This document shows positions 10,579 through 20,618 of a stretch of DNA of 64,000 nt, one piece after another; the stretch's first letter is position 1; each line of letters starts with the position of its first letter. This stretch comes from a virus (taxonomy: Duplodnaviria > Caudoviricetes), in IMG/VR virus record IMGVR_UViG_3300043959_000228; one strand, written 5' to 3'. The notes beneath the pieces were generated by a model that was given only the letters and a program-made list of their open reading frames with translations, was not told where the DNA came from and did not search any database. The translations under genes and the position numbers were made by a program.

Positions 10579-10621
10579 TCAGCTGCATAGTAGTAGCCTA
10601 GGAAACGAAGAGGACGATAGG

Positions 10622-11524
10622 ATGAGTTCAGAAGAGGAAGAGGATAAGGTTATATCACCTATTCCGCTTATTAACTGGCGCGATGTTACGATCCGACCAT
10701 TCACGTCTTGTCATCATGTCAATGATCGACAAGGACAGATTGTGTATGATGCTCTCATGCATGGTAAACGTCATTTCGGCGTATCATCAGCTTCGTTATC
10801 ATGGATGAAATCGGATAAGATGAAGAATAAGCTTCCAGAAGGATGGAAGCCAGAGGTCGTTGATGTGGCTATAGATGCTGAGCATCGTACCACAAGGACG
10901 ATCATAAACTGGATGAAGAACAAACCAGCGGCCGTACTTATCGACTCAGTTCATATACCTGGCGTAGGAAAAGAGACAGTAGACGAGGAGACTGGATTAA
11001 TTGAGGGTGGAGACACAGATCATATTTTGATTATTGGGTCGAATATCTATGTTATCGACACTAAGAATTGGAAGAAGAAATCTCGATACACAATTGACGA
11101 TGATGGTAAGATTCTTCGGAATGGCAAATCCTTTCCGGGTGGTAAAGTCCATATGGACGCAGCCATTAAGATGTGGTATAAGTACATTGACGCTAATGTT
11201 GATAATGGCGCAGAATTAGCCGGAGCTATCTATATTGACAATGAGGATAAGCCAGATCCCAAAACGAAAGAATGGACGACGAGTGTTTTCCGCGACCAGA
11301 ATTGGTATCAACACTTTTGGTATCTCATTGAGGAGAGACGATGGATTGATTGGCTAGACAGCAAATATGTTGAACAAGCCGGATATGACAAGGATACTGG
11401 AGAAATCATGAATCCAGAGGCTATCAACACTATCTATCCATCATTGATAGCGCAGGTAGCTGTAACTTGCGTTAAACCCTATAATCGGAGAGAGGGTCTC
11501 ATTAATATGGCCGCTCTTAAATAG
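10622..11524 (+). CDS. NERD-domain (PD-(D/E)xK) nuclease
   Basis: DTDHILI...IYVIDTKNWK signature. Confidence 0.75.
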   Translation: MSSEEEEDKVISPIPLINWRDVTIRPFTSCHHVNDRQGQIVYDALMHGKRHFGVSSASLSWMKSDKMKNKLPEGWKPEVVDVAIDAEHRTTRTIINWMKNKPAAVLIDSVHIPGVGKETVDEETGLIEGGDTDHILIIGSNIYVIDTKNWKKKSRYTIDDDGKILRNGKSFPGGKVHMDAAIKMWYKYIDANVDNGAELAGAIYIDNEDKPDPKTKEWTTSVFRDQNWYQHFWYLIEERRWIDWLDSKYVEQAGYDKDTGEIMNPEAINTIYPSLIAQVAVTCVKPYNRREGLINMAALK

Positions 11525-11590
11525 AATGCATCATCCTCGTTATATTTGAAGTGAATGCTTTTATGATGACTCTCCTTTTCCGCATTCATG

Positions 11591-11612
11591 GTAGCCCACA
11601 ATTGTGGGCTAC
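11591..11612. repeat. Perfect 22-bp palindrome (terminator or operator)
   Basis: GTAGCCCACAATTGTGGGCTAC. Confidence 0.7.
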
Positions 11613-11652
11613 TTGCCATTTTAGATCATATATCCTACATATAAAACGACGC

Positions 11653-11786
11653 TTAGATCTAGTTAGGTTCAGAACACAAGTAAAGAGTCATGTTCTGAAC
11701 CCATTAAAATTGGTACTGGCCGTAAAAGCCCTCAGATGATACGTTATACTAGATGACTAGTTCTAGCTAATTAGAAGCGAGATCTA
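11653..11786 (-). repeat. 134-bp structured intergenic element, copy A
   Basis: 109/134 identical, ungapped, to 35331-35464; conserved hairpins. Confidence 0.9.
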
Positions 11787-11807
11787 GGTCATCATTATCA
11801 TATGAAA

Positions 11808-11845
11808 ATAGCATTGGCGTTACCAACTGGTAACGCCAATGCTAT
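11808..11845. terminator. Terminator hairpin between convergent genes
   Basis: ATAGCATTGGCGTTACCA/TGGTAACGCCAATGCTAT perfect inverted repeat. Confidence 0.8.
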
Positions 11846-11862
11846 CATTTATACGATAAGGG

Positions 11863-14661
11863 TCAGATTGATTCCGACACTGACTGCTTACGCTTGCTGG
11901 TCACCTCAAATCCAATTCCGAGAAGCAAGGCGGCAGCGGCAGACACAGCAAGGATGCTGACATCAGAGCCTGTTTTACCAAGTTCCTTAGTGACCTTACC
12001 ATTACCGGTGGTCTTATATACCGTAGATGCCGGAGCAATCTTCGGCGTTGGCTTGGTGGTATCACGATTCACCAGATTGTTCACATAGGCCGCCGTTGAT
12101 GTCTGAGCCGATGAGGTGTCTGATGCATGAGACGCTGATCCACTAGTAGAGGAAGATCCGTTAGACGATCCCTGCTGATTGTTACCAGTATCAGATCCAT
12201 TCTGCTGATTGACAAGAGCATCAAGCTTTGCCTGAGCGTCAGCGAGATTAGCCTTAGCGGTATTCAATGCCGCAAGAGCCAATTGCAATTCCTCATTCGA
12301 GGTGTCGGCCTTAGCTTTGGCGGCAGTATATGCTTCGGTAGCTGTATCATAGGCCTTCTGAGCATCAGCAAGTTTCGCCTGAGCCTTTTCTAAGGCGTTC
12401 AGCTTCGACAGTGCATCAGCGTACTTTGACTCAGCAGCTGTTGCAGCCGCCTTAGCCTTATTCAGATCAGCTTCAGACGCCTTCACAGTGTCAGCGGCCT
12501 TTGCAGATGCGGCGGCCGTAGTAGCCACGGTGTCCTTAGCCTTGGCAAGAACAGTATTAGCATCGTTCAACTTGGTCTGTGCAGTATCGGCTGCTGTCTT
12601 CGCTGCTGCGAATTTGGTCTGAGCATCGGAAAGAGCCTGCTTAGCTGCGGCCAGACGATTAGCCGCATTATGGACGTTCTGAGCATGAGTCTCAGCAGCC
12701 GTAGCCTTGGCAAGAGCATTAGTCAGGTCAGATGACGCCTTGGCAAGAGCATCCTTAGTGGTTGTCACTGCAGCCGCTTTCGCCTCAGCGTCCGATGTAG
12801 CAGTAGTGAGAGCCTGCTTAGCTGCATCTGCTTCGGCATGAGCCTGAGTCTGAGCGTTAGACACCTTCTCGAAATTCGCCTCAGCGGCAGTAAGAGCAGC
12901 TTTAGCTTCATCCAGTGAAACTGCCGTCGAATTCTCCACGTAATCCTTATACTGCTGGAGGAGACTCAAATAATCAGCAACGGTGATTGATGTTGTGTAG
13001 CCATAACTCGACGCCTTAAAGATCTGTGTAGATCCATATGTCTGACCAGGCTGGTCGTTATAAGCCATTCCGAACACGGTCGTTCCCTTAGCCATGAAGT
13101 TCAGATAATGGCCGACCTTCTCGAACTCACCTGGATACGCCTTATACATCTGGTACGAGGTCATGTTCGCAGCATCAGGATGCGTCTTTACGAACTCCTC
13201 AAACTCAGCCTTCTCCTCGTCATACCAACCTGAGTAAGGCCATGCATGAGTACCATCGGCATTATTCGCGTATTCACCTGGACCGCCCCAAGCAAGATTC
13301 TCCACAGAATCGTCGTAATACATAAACGAACCGGCGTGAAGAGTATGATTAGCTGAATAATCTCCGTTCAGCATAGATACGGCCATCATCGTCAGGGTGA
13401 CATTCATTTCAGGAAGTCCATTCGCCCTACGAATAGCATTTACCTCATTCAAATACGAGGCAGCTTTGAACAAATTCTCGTAACTGGTCGTATCACCAGT
13501 TGCACCGAGCTTGACGTAATCGTTATACCATGTAGCACCTGAATTGACAGCATATCCATTATGATTAGTAATGAAATACAATGCACGAGTAGCGTCAGCA
13601 AGCTGGGCGCTAGTCACACCAGGTCGCTTGGACATCCAGTCAAAGAAAGCCTGTGCGCCACCGGCCTTCAACTGAGCAGACTGATCTGAAGTAGATGTAC
13701 CATTCTCAATCTTAGCAATAGTGTCCTTCGCCTTCTGGACGTCATTGTACGCATTTACAAGGTCCTGATCCGACTGATCGGACTGTGCGGCCTTAGCGTC
13801 AGCAGTCTTCTGTGCGGCCTCCTTGGCGGCGGCCGCTTCATCCGACGCGGCCTTAGCAGCGTCAGCGTCCTTCTGAGCCGAGTCCTTCTGAGCCTGAGCA
13901 GTATTAGCAGCGTCCTTAGCGTCTGACGCAGCCTTGTCGGCGGTTGCTGGATCTTCCTTGGCGTCATTAGCTGCCTGATCCGCGGTCTTCTGAGCATTGT
14001 CAACATCAGTCTGAGCAGATGACTGATTCTTGTCAGCAGCTGCCTTGTCAGCAGCTGCCTGATCCTTTGCCTTCTGTGCGGCTTCCTGGTCTGCGGCGGC
14101 CTTCTGAGCGGCCTGATCCGCGGCAGCCTGCGCTGCCTTATCAGCTTCGGCCTTCTGTGCGGCTTCATCGGCCGCTTTCTGAGCAGCGTCCTTCTGAGCC
14201 TGAGCATTGTCCACATCGGACTGCGAGGTAGATCCACCTGGCTGAGCGGCCTTGTTCACATCGGTCTGAGCGTTGTTGACATCGGTCTGAGCAGACGACT
14301 GATTAGCTTTAGCGGCGTCAGCGGCCGCGTTATTCTGATTGGCTGTCTGCTGAGCGGTGTTAGCGGCAGACTGAGCATTGTTCACATCGGTCTGAGCATT
14401 ATCAACATTCGTCTTAGCGTCCTGTACCGGATCAACCGCAGGAGTAGATGCCGCATTGGTCGTCTCAGTAGTTGGCGAATCACTGGTCTGAGAAGTTTGA
14501 GTAGGTGCCTGATCCGTAGGCGTAGCTTCATCAGCCATGGCCGTCTGACCGAACAGCATGCTCGAACCGGCAAGAGCGAGGGCGCCAGAAGCGATCACCA
14601 AGCCAGTCTTCGTACTACTCTTCATGCGATTATTCGCTGGATCATTGTATTCTGTTTTCAT
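11863..14661 (-). CDS. Sortase-anchored CAP-domain coiled-coil surface protein (PrgA/Sea1-like architecture)
   Basis: Signal peptide; Ala/Lys/Asp/Gln coiled-coil arms flank a CAP domain (VNAIRRANGL, ENLAWG, WYDEE, GHYLN); LGKTG + TM + KRK tail; AAAGGA RBS before ATG 14661. Confidence 0.8.
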   Translation of the reverse strand: MKTEYNDPANNRMKSSTKTGLVIASGALALAGSSMLFGQTAMADEATPTDQAPTQTSQTSDSPTTETTNAASTPAVDPVQDAKTNVDNAQTDVNNAQSAANTAQQTANQNNAAADAAKANQSSAQTDVNNAQTDVNKAAQPGGSTSQSDVDNAQAQKDAAQKAADEAAQKAEADKAAQAAADQAAQKAAADQEAAQKAKDQAAADKAAADKNQSSAQTDVDNAQKTADQAANDAKEDPATADKAASDAKDAANTAQAQKDSAQKDADAAKAASDEAAAAKEAAQKTADAKAAQSDQSDQDLVNAYNDVQKAKDTIAKIENGTSTSDQSAQLKAGGAQAFFDWMSKRPGVTSAQLADATRALYFITNHNGYAVNSGATWYNDYVKLGATGDTTSYENLFKAASYLNEVNAIRRANGLPEMNVTLTMMAVSMLNGDYSANHTLHAGSFMYYDDSVENLAWGGPGEYANNADGTHAWPYSGWYDEEKAEFEEFVKTHPDAANMTSYQMYKAYPGEFEKVGHYLNFMAKGTTVFGMAYNDQPGQTYGSTQIFKASSYGYTTSITVADYLSLLQQYKDYVENSTAVSLDEAKAALTAAEANFEKVSNAQTQAHAEADAAKQALTTATSDAEAKAAAVTTTKDALAKASSDLTNALAKATAAETHAQNVHNAANRLAAAKQALSDAQTKFAAAKTAADTAQTKLNDANTVLAKAKDTVATTAAASAKAADTVKASEADLNKAKAAATAAESKYADALSKLNALEKAQAKLADAQKAYDTATEAYTAAKAKADTSNEELQLALAALNTAKANLADAQAKLDALVNQQNGSDTGNNQQGSSNGSSSTSGSASHASDTSSAQTSTAAYVNNLVNRDTTKPTPKIAPASTVYKTTGNGKVTKELGKTGSDVSILAVSAAAALLLGIGFEVTSKRKQSVSESI

Positions 14662-14876
14662 TGTCATCCTTTGATTTAGACGTGTATGATCTGCATAGCT
14701 CTTAATGCAAACTATGATTACATAATAACACAATATTAGATATGTACAATTTTTGTCAATATGACTGGCGTGTCGAAAATCGTATCATCGTTCTAACGTT
14801 GACTGATATGCTATTCATCTTCTGTCATGGTACAATGATCCATATAATTAATCATTGATGTAGGAGGTCATGATTC

Positions 14877-17800
14877 ATGTCGTCTGACGGTTCAGGATTC
14901 GTCAATCTTCACACTCATTCTCATTATTCTATCCTTGATGGATACGCTACACCAGAGGAGTATCTGCGCCGGGCGTCATCACTAGGTCAGTCTGCTCTCG
15001 GTCTTACTGATCATGGTAATCTTTATGGCGTGCACGAACTCATTAAAACCGCTAGGGACCTTTCTAGAAGTAAGAACAAGAAAGGCAAGCCGCAGAATCC
15101 TATCTACGTGAAGCCAATTGTTGGTATAGAGGCCTACGTCGCGCCGTTGAATGAGGATGGGGCACGACATAAGGGTCCTATTTACTACGGTCAAGGCGAT
15201 CATGAATCTGATGTATCGGCCAGTGGAGCGTATCTCCACTTGACCCTGTTGGCCATTAACGATATAGGATTCCACAATCTTATCAAACTCAGCACGGAAT
15301 CATTCAAACGAGAGAACTTTTACTATAAGAATCGTATTGACCAGGACATGCTGGCCAAGTGGAATGAAGGCATCGTCGCTTTCACTGGATGTCCTTCAGG
15401 AGAGATCCAAACACGATTACGATTAGGTCAGAAGAAGGAGGCCTATGACTACGCTCGAAGAATGATGGACTTATTCCCAGATCGATATTATGTCGAGATC
15501 ATGCAACATCATATGAAACGCGGATTAGAGAGGGAAATTCTACCAGAGCTGGTTACACTAGCTGATGATCTTAATCTGCCCTTAGTGGCCACGAATGATG
15601 CTCATTACTCTGCTCCAGAGGACGCCCTACACCAGGATGAAATGTTATGCATCCAGACCAACACGACCGGTGGTTCCTCCTATATGAACGACGCTACTAA
15701 AGATGAGGGAGGCCCACGATTCTCATTTGATGGAGACGACTATTATCTAAAATCAGAAGAAGAAATGTTATCAGTCTTTCCAGATGACCAGTATCCCAAT
15801 GCCGTGAGTAATACTGTTCGCATAGCGAACATGGTCGGTGACTGGTGGTCGAACGACGACGCTCTTATTGATCTACCTCATGCTCATGGTGGCATCGATG
15901 AACATATGAATCCATCTGGAAAAGGATTCACTTATTTCTCATCAACTACGTCAAACGTCAATGGATTCCAACATACTGATCGTAAGAGAATGCAGAGTCT
16001 TATTGATGATGGATCCATAGCACTTGGCCCATATGATCTCAGTCTGACAAAAGGCATTAGGCCAAAGATCACCATACCTGAGGGCTGGTCTGAAACTGAT
16101 TGGTTCAAGAAGAAGATTAATGATGGCTATGAGAATCGTCGTGTTATGGCCGGTGATAGCCCAGAGGTCTTAGCTGAATCGAAGAGGCGCATCAATGAGG
16201 AGATGCCCGTCTTCGTTAATAACGATTTCACGCAATATATGCTGGTCGTTCAGGATTATATCAATGCTGCTCGTCAAGCCGGCATATCCATAGGATATGG
16301 CCGAGGATCTGTTGGAGGCAGTGAGATAGCCTATCTGTTAGATATCTCAAGGACTGATCCTATCAAGCACGATCTGCTGTTCGAGAGGTTCTTGAATCCT
16401 GAGCGAGTGAGCCCACCAGATGTGGACACTGACTTTCAATCAAGCCGTAAGAACGAAGTCCTCGTCTACGCCAAATCTAAGTATGGTTCAGACAAGGTTG
16501 CTAATATCATTACCTTTGGCACGTTTGGCTGTAAGCAGGCTTTCCGTGACGCTGCTAAGATCTATCATATGCTACCGAATGAGGTCAATCTCGTATCAGG
16601 TATGATACCTGATGGAAGCACTGAGGAAGGCAATCCGACTATGGAGGCCATGTACGACCCAGAGTCTAAATGGTATCCTCTTGCTGGTGATTTTCGGAAG
16701 GCGGTTGCCGACGGTGGTGACAAATGGTCGAAGATCGGTGATGCAGCCATCGCTCTACAGGGGCGGATCAAATCTCTTGGTACGCATGCTTGTGGCGTAA
16801 TCATGAGTGATGAACCAATTAGTGATCGCGTGCCATTATGTTGGGAAAGCAACGAGAAGAAAGCCGCGGAGAATGTCTGGGTTGATTGCAGAGTGCAATG
16901 GGGATATGAGGCTTGTGAATCTATGGGCCTTATCAAGATGGACTTCCTATCCTTATCCGATCTTGATGTGGTTCAGGATACGCTACATAACATTGACAAT
17001 ATCGAGAATGCTGAGGAGGGGCTTAGTCATGTTGATGGTGTAGTCGATCAGATTGTTCGTGCACACAAGGATCCGCCTGACTTTGACGCTATTGTTCATG
17101 GAGATATGGATGATATTGATACGTATGCTATGCTGAGTAAAGGTGATTCTATTGGATGCTTCCAGCTAGGTAGTGAGGGCCAGCAAGATCTGCTCCGATT
17201 AATGCGGCCAACTGAGTTCAATGACATCGTTGCTATCAATGCTCTATATCGTCCTGGACCTATGAAGCAGAACGCTCATCTAGCATACTCGAACAGGAAG
17301 AACGGTCGAGAGCCTGTATACGTCATTAATAAGGACTTGGATCGCGCGTTCAAGGGCACGCCAGTTGAAGACATTCTTAGTACAACATGGGGATGCATGG
17401 TCTACCAGGAGCAGATCATGCAGATATCCAGGAGATTGTCTGGATATTCTAGAGGCGAGGCCGATTCTCTTCGTAAGGCCATTGGTCATAAGATTCCCGC
17501 TGAGATGGAGAGGAATAAGACTAAATTCATTGAAGGCGCTATGACGAATAACGCTGATCATAAATATCATTATACGAAATCTGATGTGGAGAATCTTTGG
17601 TCATTCATCGAAGGATTTGCTAAGTACGGATTCAATAAGAGCCATTCAGTGTCATACGCTATCACAGCCTATGAGACGGCCTATTTGAAAGCCCATTATC
17701 CTTCTGAATTCTATGCTGCTCTGATGACTGAGAAGATCGGTAAGAAGGACGATCTAGCAAAACTGTTAGCGTCTCTACGGGCACGGGGTTTGAACATTGG

Positions 17801-18983
17801 CGCTATTAACATTAATAACTCTACATCATTAATCACATCAGCCGTCAAAATTCACCCAGATGATCCTGATATCGTATTCGGTTTTGCCATGATTAAGAAG
17901 ATCAGCGCGAATATTGGTGACGAGATCGTAGCAGCTCGTAAAGCTAATGGTGGACGATTTAAAGATTTTGACGACTTCATCAAACATGCTCCTGATAAAG
18001 TCTTGAAGAAGGGTGTTCTCGAGAGATTGGCAGATGTAGGTGCGTTTGATTGTCTAGGCATGACGAGAAAAGGCATAGCTGATAACGCCGAGGCCATAAC
18101 TATTGCGGAGAACAAGCGTCGCTCAGTATCAAAGCAAATGGCTGGTTCCCTATTCTCTATGATTGGTAATAGCGCGTCTACGACTAAGGAAACCCATTTT
18201 GATATTCCTAACACCAAGGATCTTCCATGGTTGCAACGCCTTGACTTAGAATCAGATCTACTGGGTATGACCATATCCGGTGAGCCGATGGATCACATTG
18301 GAGAGGGTCTGAACTTCTATATGTCAGCTGAACCAGACCATTCCCTATATACGACCGTCAAAACGTTGAATGAGGCGGCTGCTGTTCATCGAGAAGCCAT
18401 GAGGAACGTACAATCTGATGGCGTGTTTAGACGAAGAGCGCGGAAACCGGTGGTTCTTGCTGGATCGCTCGTTGACGTCGAGAAGAAGAAGCTGAAAAGC
18501 GGTAATGGCTTCTGGCTCTCCTGTAAGATCAAGGACTCTACTGGCGTCATATCAGCGCGAATGGGCTCTAAGCAGATTGATGAGATTAGTAAGCGTTTAG
18601 GATCTGATCCAATAGAGAACGTCATTTACTGTATTCATGGATCAGCTGGAGACGATTCCGTTAGCATACAGGATCTCGAAATCATACCTGTAGACGATGA
18701 GGGACGAGTACCCATCTTTGTTCGCATCAGCGAGGGATCCTCACAGAATCAGAAGATTAAGGATCTTAAGCTAGCTTTTAATAGGCATCCCGGGAACACA
18801 CCAGTATGTTTTAACATCAGAAAAAAGAATAATAGTGGCCTATGGAATTACGATCAGGAACAATTAGCTGGATACATTGCTCTTGATGAGGACGCCATCA
18901 TTGATTACGAGGCTATCGTTGGAAGAAGTCGTCTATGTTCATGGGTACAACATCTTAAACAACGCGATCAGGACATGTCATGA
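14877..18983 (+). CDS. dnaE: DNA polymerase III alpha subunit
   Basis: PHP motifs HTHSHYS, TDHGN, TNDAHY; GRGS; PDVDTD; KMDFL; FNKSHS; clamp-like GSLF; AGGAGG RBS. Confidence 0.97.
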   Translation: MSSDGSGFVNLHTHSHYSILDGYATPEEYLRRASSLGQSALGLTDHGNLYGVHELIKTARDLSRSKNKKGKPQNPIYVKPIVGIEAYVAPLNEDGARHKGPIYYGQGDHESDVSASGAYLHLTLLAINDIGFHNLIKLSTESFKRENFYYKNRIDQDMLAKWNEGIVAFTGCPSGEIQTRLRLGQKKEAYDYARRMMDLFPDRYYVEIMQHHMKRGLEREILPELVTLADDLNLPLVATNDAHYSAPEDALHQDEMLCIQTNTTGGSSYMNDATKDEGGPRFSFDGDDYYLKSEEEMLSVFPDDQYPNAVSNTVRIANMVGDWWSNDDALIDLPHAHGGIDEHMNPSGKGFTYFSSTTSNVNGFQHTDRKRMQSLIDDGSIALGPYDLSLTKGIRPKITIPEGWSETDWFKKKINDGYENRRVMAGDSPEVLAESKRRINEEMPVFVNNDFTQYMLVVQDYINAARQAGISIGYGRGSVGGSEIAYLLDISRTDPIKHDLLFERFLNPERVSPPDVDTDFQSSRKNEVLVYAKSKYGSDKVANIITFGTFGCKQAFRDAAKIYHMLPNEVNLVSGMIPDGSTEEGNPTMEAMYDPESKWYPLAGDFRKAVADGGDKWSKIGDAAIALQGRIKSLGTHACGVIMSDEPISDRVPLCWESNEKKAAENVWVDCRVQWGYEACESMGLIKMDFLSLSDLDVVQDTLHNIDNIENAEEGLSHVDGVVDQIVRAHKDPPDFDAIVHGDMDDIDTYAMLSKGDSIGCFQLGSEGQQDLLRLMRPTEFNDIVAINALYRPGPMKQNAHLAYSNRKNGREPVYVINKDLDRAFKGTPVEDILSTTWGCMVYQEQIMQISRRLSGYSRGEADSLRKAIGHKIPAEMERNKTKFIEGAMTNNADHKYHYTKSDVENLWSFIEGFAKYGFNKSHSVSYAITAYETAYLKAHYPSEFYAALMTEKIGKKDDLAKLLASLRARGLNIGAININNSTSLITSAVKIHPDDPDIVFGFAMIKKISANIGDEIVAARKANGGRFKDFDDFIKHAPDKVLKKGVLERLADVGAFDCLGMTRKGIADNAEAITIAENKRRSVSKQMAGSLFSMIGNSASTTKETHFDIPNTKDLPWLQRLDLESDLLGMTISGEPMDHIGEGLNFYMSAEPDHSLYTTVKTLNEAAAVHREAMRNVQSDGVFRRRARKPVVLAGSLVDVEKKKLKSGNGFWLSCKIKDSTGVISARMGSKQIDEISKRLGSDPIENVIYCIHGSAGDDSVSIQDLEIIPVDDEGRVPIFVRISEGSSQNQKIKDLKLAFNRHPGNTPVCFNIRKKNNSGLWNYDQEQLAGYIALDEDAIIDYEAIVGRSRLCSWVQHLKQRDQDMS

Positions 18984-19040
18984 ACACGATACACCGATAT
19001 CTTACTCATATCGTAGGAAACTTATCATTATGCTAAGGAG

Positions 19041-20618
19041 ATGTTCGTGGTTAGGAAGAGATTTGATGACTTCTCCTCATGGGATACGCCATCAACATCA
19101 ACAACCAGAAAAGCGTCAAAGTATAGTATTGACGCTTGGGATGATGATACTCCGAATCAACCGCCAGAACCAGTACAACGACATCGCGTTCTTCCTACGG
19201 CTACTCCTGCAACCAAGCAAGCCGCTAAGCCGAATCATATTACACCAGTAGATTCTCCATCATCGCAACAAGTTGCTCCTCATCATGAGAAGCCTAAGGA
19301 AGATCAAGAATCGTTTATTACGCCATTCGAGGATTTCCTGGGTACAGATGAGGACATCCAAGACGAGGAATTATTACAACCAAAATCTACAGACGATCAA
19401 CCATCTAATGATTTAGAAAACCGTCAGAAAGCAGCTAGTGAGAATCGTCATCATGGTCTTAGCGCCATGATGAGGAAACACGCCATAAGCCATCATACCG
19501 CTATACCCGCATCTAATCAGACGACTCCTGCTGAGGTGCCTGACACGGCCTATAATCAACAGTTAGACACAGACCATCCATCAAATCAAATAGACGATAT
19601 AGGTACTGATACCACCTCTGCGTCCTCATCTCCATACGATTTCAATGATTACGATATCGAGCCTGATTTCAAACAACCAATCGTTGAAGATCAACCCCAA
19701 TTGACATCTGAAAGCATAGAACCAGCTGATTATTTCACCTCTGATGAGGGCAAGCCTATCGATCCTGAATCTGATGAAAATCTCCCCTGGTCTATACCAG
19801 ATGGACACGTTCAGGATGATAACTTCGTTTTTGATGATTCCTCAACGCCAAGTGATGATCACGTAGACGGCAATGCAGACGAGTATGAGATGGCTACTGA
19901 TCCATCTAATGATAATGAACAGGATGACCCTACCGATGACGCAGATGAGGTCCCAATTCAGGAACCAGAGGATAGTGATCAATCATCAGACGATGAGCCT
20001 AATCAGGATGATATGAAACATCGGCTTGGATCATTATGGCATCAGATTAAATCTGATTTAACTGGTGGAGACGATCAGTCATCCCATCAGGGTGGAGAGA
20101 ATAATCAGAATGATCGTCATCCTAAACAAATCGGATCTGGTACAAGTCATCCTTCTATCCATCCTATCCATTGGCTGAGAAGCATTATTAATGCAGTATT
20201 CTCATTACTGCATATTACTGGTAGAATCGCTAAGATAGGCATATCATTAGGATTCATCCTTATACTAGCTTGGCTAGTGCTCAATATTATCACAGCATTT
20301 GATAAGGGATCCTCAATTCATGAGAGTCATGATGAGGGTGTGGTATCCGTCGTGTCAACGTCCTGGCATGATGCATCATTATCTACGAGGGTGACCAATC
20401 ACTCAGATCTTATCGCTCATATCACTGGTAAGGCTATAGTCAAAGCATGGTCACCGAATCTTAATCCTATATCACTCGTCAATCCTAGTGTGATAGCAAC
20501 ATGCTCGTTCACATCTCTTGACGTGAATCCTGGAGCTACGGTTGATTGGCCGTCAACGTGCTCTAAACAAGGATCTGGCTTATGGAATAGGATATCAGTC
20601 ACGATTGAATATCAGTGA
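19041..20618 (+). CDS. Acidic disordered protein with a C-terminal TM and small extracellular domain
   Basis: D/E/P-rich 525 aa, one TM near residue 400, AAGGAG RBS. Confidence 0.7.
   Translation: MFVVRKRFDDFSSWDTPSTSTTRKASKYSIDAWDDDTPNQPPEPVQRHRVLPTATPATKQAAKPNHITPVDSPSSQQVAPHHEKPKEDQESFITPFEDFLGTDEDIQDEELLQPKSTDDQPSNDLENRQKAASENRHHGLSAMMRKHAISHHTAIPASNQTTPAEVPDTAYNQQLDTDHPSNQIDDIGTDTTSASSSPYDFNDYDIEPDFKQPIVEDQPQLTSESIEPADYFTSDEGKPIDPESDENLPWSIPDGHVQDDNFVFDDSSTPSDDHVDGNADEYEMATDPSNDNEQDDPTDDADEVPIQEPEDSDQSSDDEPNQDDMKHRLGSLWHQIKSDLTGGDDQSSHQGGENNQNDRHPKQIGSGTSHPSIHPIHWLRSIINAVFSLLHITGRIAKIGISLGFILILAWLVLNIITAFDKGSSIHESHDEGVVSVVSTSWHDASLSTRVTNHSDLIAHITGKAIVKAWSPNLNPISLVNPSVIATCSFTSLDVNPGATVDWPSTCSKQGSGLWNRISVTIEYQ

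Noticed and set aside
11551-11739. 62-aa ORF across the palindrome and repeat copy A
   Set aside because: No RBS, and copy B has no equivalent ORF in the track; conservation follows base pairing rather than codons.
11653-11786. Hammerhead, twister or pistol ribozyme assignment for the 134-bp element
   Set aside because: CAGATGA only resembles CUGANGA and I could not place the remaining core motifs on either strand.
14877-18983. Intein in DnaE (RecA and DnaG also checked)
   Set aside because: No block A or HN-[C/S/T] motifs; the proteins are collinear with intein-free homologues apart from a short insertion.
19041-20100. GATGAT/GACGAT-rich tracts as DNA repeats
   Set aside because: Explained by Asp/Glu-rich low-complexity coding sequence, also seen in several other ORFs.
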